The notes: generated by a model from the sequence alone, not told the origin. A stretch of 62,293 bases of DNA, filler included, from 3 parts of 3 records of this genome joined end to end with filler, not necessarily neighbours in it, one strand, 5' to 3'; shown: positions 9,479-18,540, counted from the whole stretch's first letter. Numbers and translations are program-made.

Positions 9479-10309
9479 ATGGCCATTGTAACCTTAACTA
9501 CAGATTTTGGATATAAGGACCACTTTGTTGGGGCTGTGAAAGGGGCAATACTGAGCAATATCCCCGATATTTCCGTTGTTGATATTTCGCACGCCATAAG
9601 TCCTTTCAATATCCAAGAATGCGCTTATATCCTAAGGAATGCCTACCACTCGTTCCCGAAGGGAACGGTCCATATAGTTGGTGTGGATTCGGAGATTTCG
9701 CCAGAAAATGAGCATATCGTTGTTCAGGTGGATGGTCATTATTTTGTGAGTGCCAATAGCGGTGTCATTTCCTTGATAACTTCTGAGGTGCAACCCGAAA
9801 AAGTGGTGGAAATCAATTTGCCGAATGCGGAGACTAGTGCTTTTCCCGTGCTCAATATATTCGTACAGGTGGCCTGCCACATTGCTCGTGGCGGTAAACT
9901 TGAGGTTATCGGCAAACCTTTGGAGCGTTTAAAAGAACTACGCGATTTTGAACCACGAATCACCAACGAAGGCAAGACCATAACGGGCAATGTAATTTAT
10001 ATTGATAACTACGGAAACGTGGTCACCAACATTCAAAAAAGCCTGTTCGAAGCTTACCGAAGCGGACGTGATTTTGAAATTATCGCGAGAACCACCAAAA
10101 TACGACAGGTGCATCAAAGCTATAATGGCATCATCAATTATAATCTGGAACGAAACCAACGCAAGGGCCCCGGAGATGCACTTGCCCTGTTCAATTCTGC
10201 GGGCTTTATAGAACTTGCTATTTACAAAAGTGATTTGAATTCAGTTGGAGGGGCATCCTCCCTACTTGGACTCAATTACAGGGATACCGTAACCGTAAAT
10301 TTCCTTTAA
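9479..10309 (+). CDS. DUF62 family (SAM hydroxide adenosyltransferase / chlorinase-like) protein
   Basis: VTLTTDFG, DISH, YIDNYGNVVTN, FNSAGFIELAI. Confidence 0.9.
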   Translation: MAIVTLTTDFGYKDHFVGAVKGAILSNIPDISVVDISHAISPFNIQECAYILRNAYHSFPKGTVHIVGVDSEISPENEHIVVQVDGHYFVSANSGVISLITSEVQPEKVVEINLPNAETSAFPVLNIFVQVACHIARGGKLEVIGKPLERLKELRDFEPRITNEGKTITGNVIYIDNYGNVVTNIQKSLFEAYRSGRDFEIIARTTKIRQVHQSYNGIINYNLERNQRKGPGDALALFNSAGFIELAIYKSDLNSVGGASSLLGLNYRDTVTVNFL

Positions 10310-10612
10310 ATGTTGATACGCATTGTAAAACTGACTTTTAAACCCGAAAATATTGCTAGTTTTGAGCGAATCTTTGAAGAATCTAAAAATGGCATCTTGT
10401 CTTTTGAAGGGTGTAATATGGTAGAGTTGTATCAGGACATCAATAATTCCAACATTTTTTTCACCTATAGTTTTTGGGATACGGAAGCGCATCTGGACAA
10501 CTACAGAAACTCGGATTTCTTTAAAGGGGTTTGGGGCAATACCAAAAAATTGTTCGCCGATAAACCCGAAGCTTGGAGCGTTCATAAAATTCAATCAACA
10601 AACCCATCTTAA
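10310..10612 (+). CDS. antibiotic biosynthesis monooxygenase (ABM) family protein
   Basis: 100 aa, FEGC...FFTYSFW...YRNSDFF pattern. Confidence 0.8.
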   Translation: MLIRIVKLTFKPENIASFERIFEESKNGILSFEGCNMVELYQDINNSNIFFTYSFWDTEAHLDNYRNSDFFKGVWGNTKKLFADKPEAWSVHKIQSTNPS

Positions 10613-11343
10613 TGTTCGCAATTTTTAAGAGAGAGGTACGGTCCTTTTTTACATCGCCCATCGGTTATTTGATCGTGGGGTCGTTTTTATTGCTCAATGG
10701 ACTTTTTCTATGGGTCTTCAAGGGCGAATACAATATTTTTGACTACGGCTTTGCCGATTTGAGCAACTTCTTTTTGTTGGCTCCCTGGATTTTTATCTTT
10801 TTGGTGCCCGCCATCACGATGAAGAGTTTTTCCGAAGAACGAAAAATGGGCACGTTGGAATTGTTATTGATCAAACCCATCTCTATTTGGAAATTGGTGC
10901 TCGGAAAATTCTGGGGTGCCTTTCTTTTGTGCGTGATTGCCGTTATTCCGACCATAGTGTACGTTTTTGCCATCTCTGGGCTGGGAATGGTAGAAGGCAA
11001 TTTTGACCTTGGCGTAGTATTGGGCTCTTACTTTGGATTATTATTTTTGATGGCGTGTTATACCTCCATCGGGATATTTGCTTCTACGCTATCGGATAAT
11101 CAAATCATTGCCTTTTTGGTGGGGGTTTTGGTATGTTTCCTGATTTTTAATGGTTTTGATGCCACTTCTTCTTTATTTTCGAACGGCGAAACGCAACAAA
11201 CCATTCAGTCACTCGGGGCAAAATCACATTTTGATAGTATTGCAAGAGGTGTGATAGACACCCGTGATTTAATTTACTTTATTTCATTGACATTGTTGTT
11301 TTTGTATCTCACTTTTCAACGTTTAAAACAATTGCCAAGGTAA
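10612..11343 (+). CDS. gldF: gliding motility ABC transporter permease GldF
   Basis: PAITMKSFSEERKMGTLELL, HFDSIARGVIDTRD; precedes gldG. Confidence 0.92.
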   Translation: MFAIFKREVRSFFTSPIGYLIVGSFLLLNGLFLWVFKGEYNIFDYGFADLSNFFLLAPWIFIFLVPAITMKSFSEERKMGTLELLLIKPISIWKLVLGKFWGAFLLCVIAVIPTIVYVFAISGLGMVEGNFDLGVVLGSYFGLLFLMACYTSIGIFASTLSDNQIIAFLVGVLVCFLIFNGFDATSSLFSNGETQQTIQSLGAKSHFDSIARGVIDTRDLIYFISLTLLFLYLTFQRLKQLPR

Positions 11344-13007
11344 TGGGGAAGTTTTTTGTATCCATCGTAAAAGTGATTGTGGCCGTGGTGGTCATCAACC
11401 TATTGGCCAGTTTTGTCTACACCCGATTCGACCTTACGGAAGACAAACGCTATACACTCTCCGAACCCGCCGTTGAAGTGGCCCAAAAATTTGAAACACC
11501 CGTTATCGTAGATGTATTGTTGGATGGAAACATTCCTGCAGAATTTTCCAAATTGAAAGCTGAAACCATACAATTGTTGGAATCCTTCGGGTCAAAAAAC
11601 AGCAACATCAAATATAATTTGGTGGACCCTTTGGCAGGGACCGAAAATCCACAAGAAACTGTTGCTCAGTTGCAAGGCTTGGGATTACAGCCCGCCAATG
11701 TTACCGTTGAGGAAAACGGGAAAGTATCTAACGAACTGGTCTTCCCCTGGGCTATGGTAAATTTTAACGACCAGACCGTAAAAGTGCCATTACTTAAAAA
11801 CAAATTGGGTTCCACGGCCGAGGATCGCATCAACAATTCGGTACAGCAATTGGAATATGCCTTTGCCGATGCCTTTACCAAATTGAGCATTGAAGAAAAA
11901 AAGAGCATTGCGGTCATCAAAGGAAATGGCCAACTAGATGATATTTACATCGCCGATTACCTGACCACGATTCGGGATTATTACAACATAGGTGCCATTA
12001 CGTTGGATTCGGTGGCTACCAATCCCCAAAATGTATTGGATCAACTCAAAAGTTTTGATTTGGCCATCATTGCGAAGCCAACAGAAGCGTTTACCGACCA
12101 AGAAAAATATGTGATGGACCAATATATGGTTCAGGGCGGTAAATCCATTTGGATGGTGGATCAAGTGAATATGGAAATGGACAGCATTTATGCCGGCGGC
12201 GGCGAGGCCATTGCCATTCCCAGAGACCTTAATTTGAAGGATTTATTTTTTAAATATGGGGTCAGAATCAATCCCGTTTTGGTCAACGACCTTTATTTTA
12301 CCCAAATTGTTTTGGCTTCTGGCGAAGGAAACGATTCCCAGTACAATCCACTGCCTTGGTTTTATTATCCGATGGTTTTTTCGCAGAACAACCACCCAAT
12401 CAACACGAATATTGAGGCAGTTCGATTTCAGTTTACAAGTCCAATGGACGTATTGGAAAACGATTATCGGAAGACCATCTTGTTGCAGAGTTCGCCACTT
12501 TCCAAAACCGATGGAATCCCTAGGATGGTGAGTTTGGATATGATCAATCAACAACCCGATCGGGAAACCTACAACAATGGCAATCTGACCCTTGCTGTGC
12601 TTATTGAAGGGAGTTTCACCTCCATGTACAAGAACAGGGTGAAACCGCTCAAACTTCAAAATACTTTGGAAGAAGGCCCCGAAAACAAAATGATCGTAAT
12701 CTCCGATGGCGATGTGATCAAGAACCAATTACGTAATGGCAGACCCTTGGAATTGGGTTATGATAAATGGACCAACAGCTTCTATGGCAACAAGGAATTC
12801 ATGATGAACAGCACAAATTACCTCTTGGACAATACGGGGCTTATTAACATTCGAAACAAGAAAGTATCCATTCCACTCTTGGATGTCAAAAAAATAGCAG
12901 AACAAAAAACCAAGTGGCAGCTTGTAAACATTGGATTTCCAGTGGTTTTAACCTTATTGTTCGGCCTGTTTTTCAGCTACTACAGAAAGCGCAAGTTTAC
13001 CGCCTAA
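11343..13007 (+). CDS. gldG: gliding motility ABC transporter component GldG
   Basis: RFDLTEDKRYTLS, LEYAFA, ELGYDKWT...YGNKEF, C-terminal TM. Confidence 0.92.
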   Translation: MGKFFVSIVKVIVAVVVINLLASFVYTRFDLTEDKRYTLSEPAVEVAQKFETPVIVDVLLDGNIPAEFSKLKAETIQLLESFGSKNSNIKYNLVDPLAGTENPQETVAQLQGLGLQPANVTVEENGKVSNELVFPWAMVNFNDQTVKVPLLKNKLGSTAEDRINNSVQQLEYAFADAFTKLSIEEKKSIAVIKGNGQLDDIYIADYLTTIRDYYNIGAITLDSVATNPQNVLDQLKSFDLAIIAKPTEAFTDQEKYVMDQYMVQGGKSIWMVDQVNMEMDSIYAGGGEAIAIPRDLNLKDLFFKYGVRINPVLVNDLYFTQIVLASGEGNDSQYNPLPWFYYPMVFSQNNHPINTNIEAVRFQFTSPMDVLENDYRKTILLQSSPLSKTDGIPRMVSLDMINQQPDRETYNNGNLTLAVLIEGSFTSMYKNRVKPLKLQNTLEEGPENKMIVISDGDVIKNQLRNGRPLELGYDKWTNSFYGNKEFMMNSTNYLLDNTGLINIRNKKVSIPLLDVKKIAEQKTKWQLVNIGFPVVLTLLFGLFFSYYRKRKFTA

Positions 13008-13046
13008 CTGTTAATAAATTTGTTTCTCTGCTAAATCCATTTGGGA

Positions 13047-13054
13047 TATATTTG
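13047..13054 (+). promoter_or_regulatory. Bacteroidota -7 promoter box upstream of dnaN
   Basis: TATATTTG matches TAnnTTTG. Confidence 0.5.
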
Positions 13055-13127
13055 TTTTTATTGATTTTACATACCCTTTACAAAGGGAAAATTGCTAAAA
13101 AAGCAACTATACTAAAGTATTTCGTTG

Positions 13128-14246
13128 ATGAAGTTTATTGTATCCAGCACATATTTATTGAAACAGCTTCAGGTTTTGGGAGGAGTTATCAACAACAGCA
13201 ACACCTTGCCCATTCTGGACAATTTTTTGTTCGACCTTAAAGAAAGTAAACTAACCGTTTCCGCTTCCGACTTGGAAACTACGATGAGTACGGTTTTGGA
13301 AGTGGATTCCGATTCTGAGGGAACCATTGCCGTTCCTGCTCGTTTGCTTTTGGATACTTTGAAAACATTCCCTGAACAGCCTTTGACTTTTGTTGTTGAG
13401 GATAACAATACGGTGGAAATCAGCTCTAACCACGGTAAATATGCCTTGGCATATGCCGATGGTGCTGAATTCCCAAAAGCAGTGGAAGTCTCCAACCCGA
13501 GCTCCACTACCCTATTGGGCGATATTTTGGCAACAGCTATTAACAAAACCATTTTCGCTGCAGGAAACGATGACCTTCGTCCGGTGATGAGCGGTGTGTT
13601 TTTCCAGTTTTCTCCAGAGAATCTGACCTTTGTGGCCACAGATGCCCATAAACTTGTAAAATATCAGCGACAAGATGTTTCAGCTTCCGAAGTAGCAGAA
13701 TTCATTATGCCGAAAAAACCATTAACCCTTTTAAAAGGTATTTTGGCAGGTTCAGAATCTGAAGTTACCATCGAATACAACGATAGCAACGCCAAGTTCT
13801 ATTTCGATAACACAGAATTGGTTTGTCGTTTGATTGACGGAAAATACCCAAACTACGAAGCGGTTATTCCAAAAGAAAACCCAAACAAATTAACGATTGC
13901 TAGAAACCAGTTTCAGAGCTCTGTGCGCAGGGTTTCTATTTTCTCCAACAAAACCACACACCAAATACGTTTAAAAGTTGCTGGCGCAGAATTGAATATT
14001 TCTGCAGAAGATGTGGATTACAGCAACAAAGCGGAAGAAAGATTGTCCTGTTCGTATCAAGGAGACGATATGCAAATTGGTTTCAACTCCAGATTTTTAT
14101 TGGAAATGTTGAACAATTTGACTTCGGACGAAGTATCATTGGAAATGAGCTTACCAAACCGTGCAGGTATTCTTACTCCTATTGATGGACTGGATGAAGG
14201 TGAGCATGTTACTATGTTGGTAATGCCGGTGATGCTTAACAATTAA
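13128..14246 (+). CDS. dnaN: DNA polymerase III beta clamp
   Basis: LPILDNFLF, ATDAHKL, RLIDGKYPNY, C-terminal LVMPVML. Confidence 0.97.
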   Translation: MKFIVSSTYLLKQLQVLGGVINNSNTLPILDNFLFDLKESKLTVSASDLETTMSTVLEVDSDSEGTIAVPARLLLDTLKTFPEQPLTFVVEDNNTVEISSNHGKYALAYADGAEFPKAVEVSNPSSTTLLGDILATAINKTIFAAGNDDLRPVMSGVFFQFSPENLTFVATDAHKLVKYQRQDVSASEVAEFIMPKKPLTLLKGILAGSESEVTIEYNDSNAKFYFDNTELVCRLIDGKYPNYEAVIPKENPNKLTIARNQFQSSVRRVSIFSNKTTHQIRLKVAGAELNISAEDVDYSNKAEERLSCSYQGDDMQIGFNSRFLLEMLNNLTSDEVSLEMSLPNRAGILTPIDGLDEGEHVTMLVMPVMLNN

Positions 14247-14268
14247 ATTAACTACCCAATCATAATTG

Positions 14269-14300
14269 AAAAAGCTGGAGCAATTTGTTCCAGCTTTTTT
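14269..14300. terminator. bidirectional terminator between dnaN and the DUF4870 gene
   Basis: AAAAAGCTGGAGC-AATTT-GTTCCAGCTTTTTT. Confidence 0.75.
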
Positions 14301-14303
14301 GAT

Positions 14304-14666
14304 TTACGATATAAACCTAATCGTCATAAAATAAGACGGTGATTCCCCATTCGATGCTTTTACCGCATTAACAATGGGCAATATAAATCCAAGTATCCCC
14401 ACTCCTATCAAGCCTAGTATGCCCAAGCCCAAAAGTAAAATGGCAGGAATGCTGATGATGATGTAAAGTATCAGACTAATTTGAAAATTTATAATGGCTT
14501 TTCCGTGCTCGTTCATTCCTTCGACTTTATCTTTGGATGACAACCAAATAATCAAGGGAACAATAAGGCTCCCGAAGCCGGTTACATACGATAACAGTTG
14601 TGTAAGATGCGTCACGGCCAACAAGGTATTATCTGTTCTGACCGCTTTTTGATTTATAACTTCCAT
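14304..14666 (-). CDS. DUF4870 membrane protein
   Basis: HLTQL...PLIIWL...HGKAIINFQIS...KASNGE; start taken at ATG 14666. Confidence 0.85.
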   Translation of the reverse strand: MEVINQKAVRTDNTLLAVTHLTQLLSYVTGFGSLIVPLIIWLSSKDKVEGMNEHGKAIINFQISLILYIIISIPAILLLGLGILGLIGVGILGFILPIVNAVKASNGESPSYFMTIRFIS

Positions 14667-14739
14667 TTTTGATTGATTTTGATGATTCAACTTATTAGTG
14701 TACAAATCACTAAAAATGTTACAAACACCAGCTAATTTG

Positions 14740-14747
14740 TACTTTTG
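14740..14747 (+). promoter_or_regulatory. -7 box immediately upstream of the mnmE ATG
   Basis: TACTTTTG ends 5 nt before ATG 14753. Confidence 0.55.
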
Positions 14748-14752
14748 TGCCC

Positions 14753-16123
14753 ATGTCGTATACAGATAACATCGTAGCTTTGGCAACACCCTCAGGAACA
14801 GGGGCCATTGCTGTAATCCGCGTTTCAGGACAAGATGCCATAATCTTAGTGGATAAGTTGTTCAAGTCCATTAAAGATAAAAAGTTGGTGGAACAGAAAA
14901 GCCATACCATCCATTTGGGGAATATTGTCGATGGTGATAAAATTCTGGATGAGGCGTTGGTGTCCATTTTTAAAGGGCCACATTCCTATACAGGTGAAAA
15001 TGTGGTGGAGATTTCTTGTCACGGTTCCCCTTTTATCCAACAACAGATTATTCAATTATTACTGAGGAATGGCTGTCGTGCTGCATCTGCTGGCGAATAT
15101 ACGTTGAGGGCATTCCTTAATGGCAAAATGGATTTGAGTCAGGCTGAAGCTGTGGCCGACCTTATCGCTAGCGATAGCGAAGCAGCCCACGATATTGCTA
15201 TGCAACAAATGCGTGGCGGATTCAGTAACGAAATCCAAGAGTTACGACAAGAACTCCTCAATTTTGCCTCACTTATTGAATTGGAACTCGATTTTTCCCA
15301 AGAAGATGTGGAGTTCGCGGACAGGACCCAGTTCAACGAATTGCTTACCAAAATCAGCAACGTTCTTAAAAAACTGATTGATTCCTTTGCTCTTGGCAAC
15401 GTAATCAAAAACGGAATTCCTGTAGCTATTGTAGGGCAGCCCAACGTTGGTAAATCAACCTTGCTCAATGTTTTGTTGAACGAGGAAAGAGCCATCGTTA
15501 GTGAAATCGCAGGTACCACGCGAGATACGGTTGAGGACCACATCAGCATTAAAGGCATCGGTTTTCGGTTTATTGATACCGCAGGAATCCGAGAAACGGT
15601 AGATGTTGTGGAGAAAATAGGCATTGAGCGAACTTTTGACAAAATTGAAAAAGCCCGGCTCATAATTTATCTGTTTGACGGAATGGATTTTAACAAAACT
15701 GAATTGGAACAACTACAGCAACGTTATCCCAACAAACAATTGTTGCCCATCTGCAACAAAATGGACCTCTTAAATCCAAATCAAAAAGAAAAAATCCAAT
15801 CAGAAATACCCGATGTGCTCTTCCTTTCCGCAAAACACAAAGAAGGTATTTCCGAACTGGAAAGCAGGCTTCTTTCTTTGGTCGATTCAGGAGCATTGAG
15901 CGGAGACACCACTATCATTACCAATAGCAGGCACTACGACGCCCTATTGAAGGCACTGGAAGAAATCCAAAAAGTAAAAGAAGGTTTGGATATGGAACTG
16001 TCCAGCGACTTGATGGCCATTGATATTCGTCAAGCACTGTATCATTTGGGAGAAATCACGGGAAGTGTGACCACCGATGACCTATTGGGTAACATATTTT
16101 CAAATTTTTGTATCGGAAAGTAA
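14753..16123 (+). CDS. mnmE: tRNA modification GTPase MnmE
   Basis: GQPNVGKS, GTTRD, DTAGIR, NKMD, C-terminal FCIGK. Confidence 0.97.
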   Translation: MSYTDNIVALATPSGTGAIAVIRVSGQDAIILVDKLFKSIKDKKLVEQKSHTIHLGNIVDGDKILDEALVSIFKGPHSYTGENVVEISCHGSPFIQQQIIQLLLRNGCRAASAGEYTLRAFLNGKMDLSQAEAVADLIASDSEAAHDIAMQQMRGGFSNEIQELRQELLNFASLIELELDFSQEDVEFADRTQFNELLTKISNVLKKLIDSFALGNVIKNGIPVAIVGQPNVGKSTLLNVLLNEERAIVSEIAGTTRDTVEDHISIKGIGFRFIDTAGIRETVDVVEKIGIERTFDKIEKARLIIYLFDGMDFNKTELEQLQQRYPNKQLLPICNKMDLLNPNQKEKIQSEIPDVLFLSAKHKEGISELESRLLSLVDSGALSGDTTIITNSRHYDALLKALEEIQKVKEGLDMELSSDLMAIDIRQALYHLGEITGSVTTDDLLGNIFSNFCIGK

Positions 16124-16489
16124 TCAAACCGTACACTCCAATTAGTTTGTTGTCAACTAAAAACGGAGAGACTTGATTTAAAATAAACCAAATAAACGGT
16201 TTCACTCTCAATTTAAATCCTTTCCTTTACATTCCATTATGTATTAAGGACAACGATTGCTCCAATCCTTAAAATAAAAAGATGGCCCACTGTTACTAAT
16301 TTCCAATTATTCAGGGTCGTTTCTTACTATTTTTTGCTTGTAACAATATCCTCATCAAAGGCCAGTGAGGCCAAAGTCTAAAATTCTACTGGTCAAGGAA
16401 TTACTATGTATTTCTTTGGAAGAACACTATGCTTTAGAAAAAAGCGTCGTTCTATGGCCGTATTCAAAAGAATAAATTAAATATAAGAT

Positions 16490-16684
16490 ATGCTAAAAAT
16501 CAAATTGGTTCCTGGTGAGAACATAGAAAGAGCTTTGAAAAGATACAGAAACAAAGTTCGAAACACTAAACAACTAAAAAACATTAGGAACAATCAAGAA
16601 TTTACCAAAAAATCCAAGGAGAAAAGAGAGCTTCTCGCAAAGGCCGTCTACAAAAATGAGTACCTGAAAAAGAACGAGGAGTAA
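16490..16684 (+). CDS. rpsU: 30S ribosomal protein bS21, probable second paralog
   Basis: GENIERALKRY...F.KKS...R...KAVY pattern; 64 aa, highly basic; divergent sequence and non-standard neighbourhood. Confidence 0.88.
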   Translation: MLKIKLVPGENIERALKRYRNKVRNTKQLKNIRNNQEFTKKSKEKRELLAKAVYKNEYLKKNEE

Positions 16685-16688
16685 TTTT

Positions 16689-17423
16689 ATGGATAAAGAT
16701 TTAAACCTAGCCGTCTTAATCGATGGTGATAATATTCCTTCCAAATATGTCAAAGAGATGTTGGAGGAGATTGCAAAATATGGTAACCCCAGCATTAAGA
16801 GAATTTATGGGGATTGGACTAAACCAAGTTTGATAAAATGGAAAGATGTCCTATTAAAAAATGCCATCACCCCTGTTCAACAATACGGATATACCACTGG
16901 GAAGAATTCCACGGACAGTGCCATGATCATCGATGCGATGGACATTCTCTATTCTGGCAAGGTAAATGGGTTTGCCTTGGTGTCCAGCGACAGTGATTTT
17001 ACAAGACTCGCCATACGCCTGCGAGAAGCAGGAATGACCGTGTTCGGTATTGGGGAGCGAAAAACCCCTGATCCATTTATCGTTTCCTGCGATAAGTTCA
17101 TTTATCTGGAAATTCTACAAAAACCCCATTTGGGAGAATCCAACGCACCGCAGAAGAACGATAAAAACAAAGTCGACAAAATTACTCCGAAGGTGATCGA
17201 CCTGATATTGACCACCATAGCAGATGTGGAAGATGAGGAAGGTTGGGCATTCTTGGGCGAAGTGGGCACCCTCCTTCAAAAAAAACAGCCCAATTTTGAT
17301 GCAAGAAACTATGGTTTTCGAAAGTTGACGCCTTTGGTAAAATCATTGAATCAAATTGAAATCGGTTCCAGAAAAAACCCTAAGGGCAATGGGAACCTTA
17401 TTTATGTAAGGACAAGAACCTAA
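16689..17423 (+). CDS. NYN (PIN-like) domain protein with C-terminal OST-HTH/LOTUS domain
   Basis: LIDGDN, YGDW, KNSTDSAMIIDAMD, SSDSDF; C-terminal GWAFLGEVG...FDARNYGFRKL. Confidence 0.92.
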   Translation: MDKDLNLAVLIDGDNIPSKYVKEMLEEIAKYGNPSIKRIYGDWTKPSLIKWKDVLLKNAITPVQQYGYTTGKNSTDSAMIIDAMDILYSGKVNGFALVSSDSDFTRLAIRLREAGMTVFGIGERKTPDPFIVSCDKFIYLEILQKPHLGESNAPQKNDKNKVDKITPKVIDLILTTIADVEDEEGWAFLGEVGTLLQKKQPNFDARNYGFRKLTPLVKSLNQIEIGSRKNPKGNGNLIYVRTRT

Positions 17424-17434
17424 TAATAAAGCCG

Positions 17435-18301
17435 ATGAGACCTCTAGCCATATCAAAACAGATTACCAAAAGGGACACCCCCTCCCTTACCAGATATCTT
17501 AACGATATTGCCCGTATTCCGATGATTACGGAGGAAGAAGAGGTTGAACTGGCAATTCGAATCCGAAATGGTGACGTTCCGGCACTGGAGAAATTGGTAC
17601 GATCTAATCTACGGTTCGTGGTTTCGGTAGCCAAACAATACCAGTCAAGGGGCATGAATCTTCACGACCTTATCAATGAGGGGAATCTTGGCCTGGTAAA
17701 AGCGGCTACAAAATTTGATGAAACGCGGGGCTTCAAATTTATTTCCTATGCAGTTTGGTGGATTCGCCAGGGCATTATTCAGGCACTTTCCGAAAAATCC
17801 AGAATGGTGAGGTTGCCGCTGAACAAAATCAATGTCATCAATAAAATAAATCGGGCCTCCTCCCATTTTGAGCAAGTTAATCAGAGACCTCCCACGGCAG
17901 AAGAAATATCAGAATTGATTGATTCTTCTTTGTCGGAAATTAAACTTTGTTTAAAGCACTCATCGTGGCCCATATCCATGGACGAATCATTAAAAGTTGG
18001 GGAAGATGGCTTTAACTTGCACGATATTATGCATTCGGATGACAGCATTAATCCAGACCAAAACTTGCTCAAAGGTTCATTGGGATTGGAAATAGATGAT
18101 GTTTTGGAAATGCTTCCCTATCGTGAGGCTTTCATTATTAAAATGTACTTTGGAATTGGTGCCAAGGATACGATGGGCCTAGAACAAATTGCCCTTAATT
18201 TAGAATTGACGACCGAAAGGGTCAGACAAATCAAGGTGAAAGCTTTGGCTCGGTTAAGGAACTCCTCCAAAGTTGAGCTATTGAAGGAATATTTGGAATA
18301 A
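17435..18301 (+). CDS. RpoD/SigA-family sigma-70 factor, divergent paralog
   Basis: Regions 1.2-4: NLRFVVSVAKQY, DLINEGNLGL, FISYAVWWIRQ, ERVRQIK; lacks region 1.1 like Bacteroidota primary sigmas. Confidence 0.92.
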   Translation: MRPLAISKQITKRDTPSLTRYLNDIARIPMITEEEEVELAIRIRNGDVPALEKLVRSNLRFVVSVAKQYQSRGMNLHDLINEGNLGLVKAATKFDETRGFKFISYAVWWIRQGIIQALSEKSRMVRLPLNKINVINKINRASSHFEQVNQRPPTAEEISELIDSSLSEIKLCLKHSSWPISMDESLKVGEDGFNLHDIMHSDDSINPDQNLLKGSLGLEIDDVLEMLPYREAFIIKMYFGIGAKDTMGLEQIALNLELTTERVRQIKVKALARLRNSSKVELLKEYLE

Positions 18302-18360
18302 TACAGCCAAATGTTAAGGAACTGATTATACGTTTAATGTTATAATGGGTGTTTTGGCTT

Positions 18361-18389
18361 CATGTTGAACTTGTTTCAACATCTCATTC
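18361..18389. repeat. palindromic REP-like element at the contig end
   Basis: ATGTTGAA-CTTGT-TTCAACAT hairpin followed by CTCAT; resembles the flavobacterial CATGCTGAACTTGTTTCAGCATCT intergenic repeat. Confidence 0.55.
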
Positions 18390-18489
18390 NNNNNNNNNNN
18401 NNNNNNNNNNNNNNNNNNNNNNNNNNNNNNNNNTTAATTAATTAANNNNNNNNNNNNNNNNNNNNNNNNNNNNNNNNNNNNNNNNNNNN
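18390..18489. other. artificial contig spacer
   Basis: 44 N + TTAATTAATTAA (stops in all six frames) + 44 N. Confidence 0.98.
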
Positions 18490-18540
18490 AGATTTATTAT
18501 CCAGAGTTCAGGTTAAATACCTAACGAGTAAGGATTTAGT

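Noticed and set aside
9479-10612. Halogenase plus monooxygenase as a secondary-metabolite cluster
   Set aside because: No biosynthetic core genes are present; the pair sits in the housekeeping phoH/gldFG/dnaN region and lacks halogenase motifs.
18434-18445. TTAATTAATTAA palindrome (also 36903-36914) as a biological motif
   Set aside because: It is a six-frame stop linker centred in N-runs, an assembly artefact.
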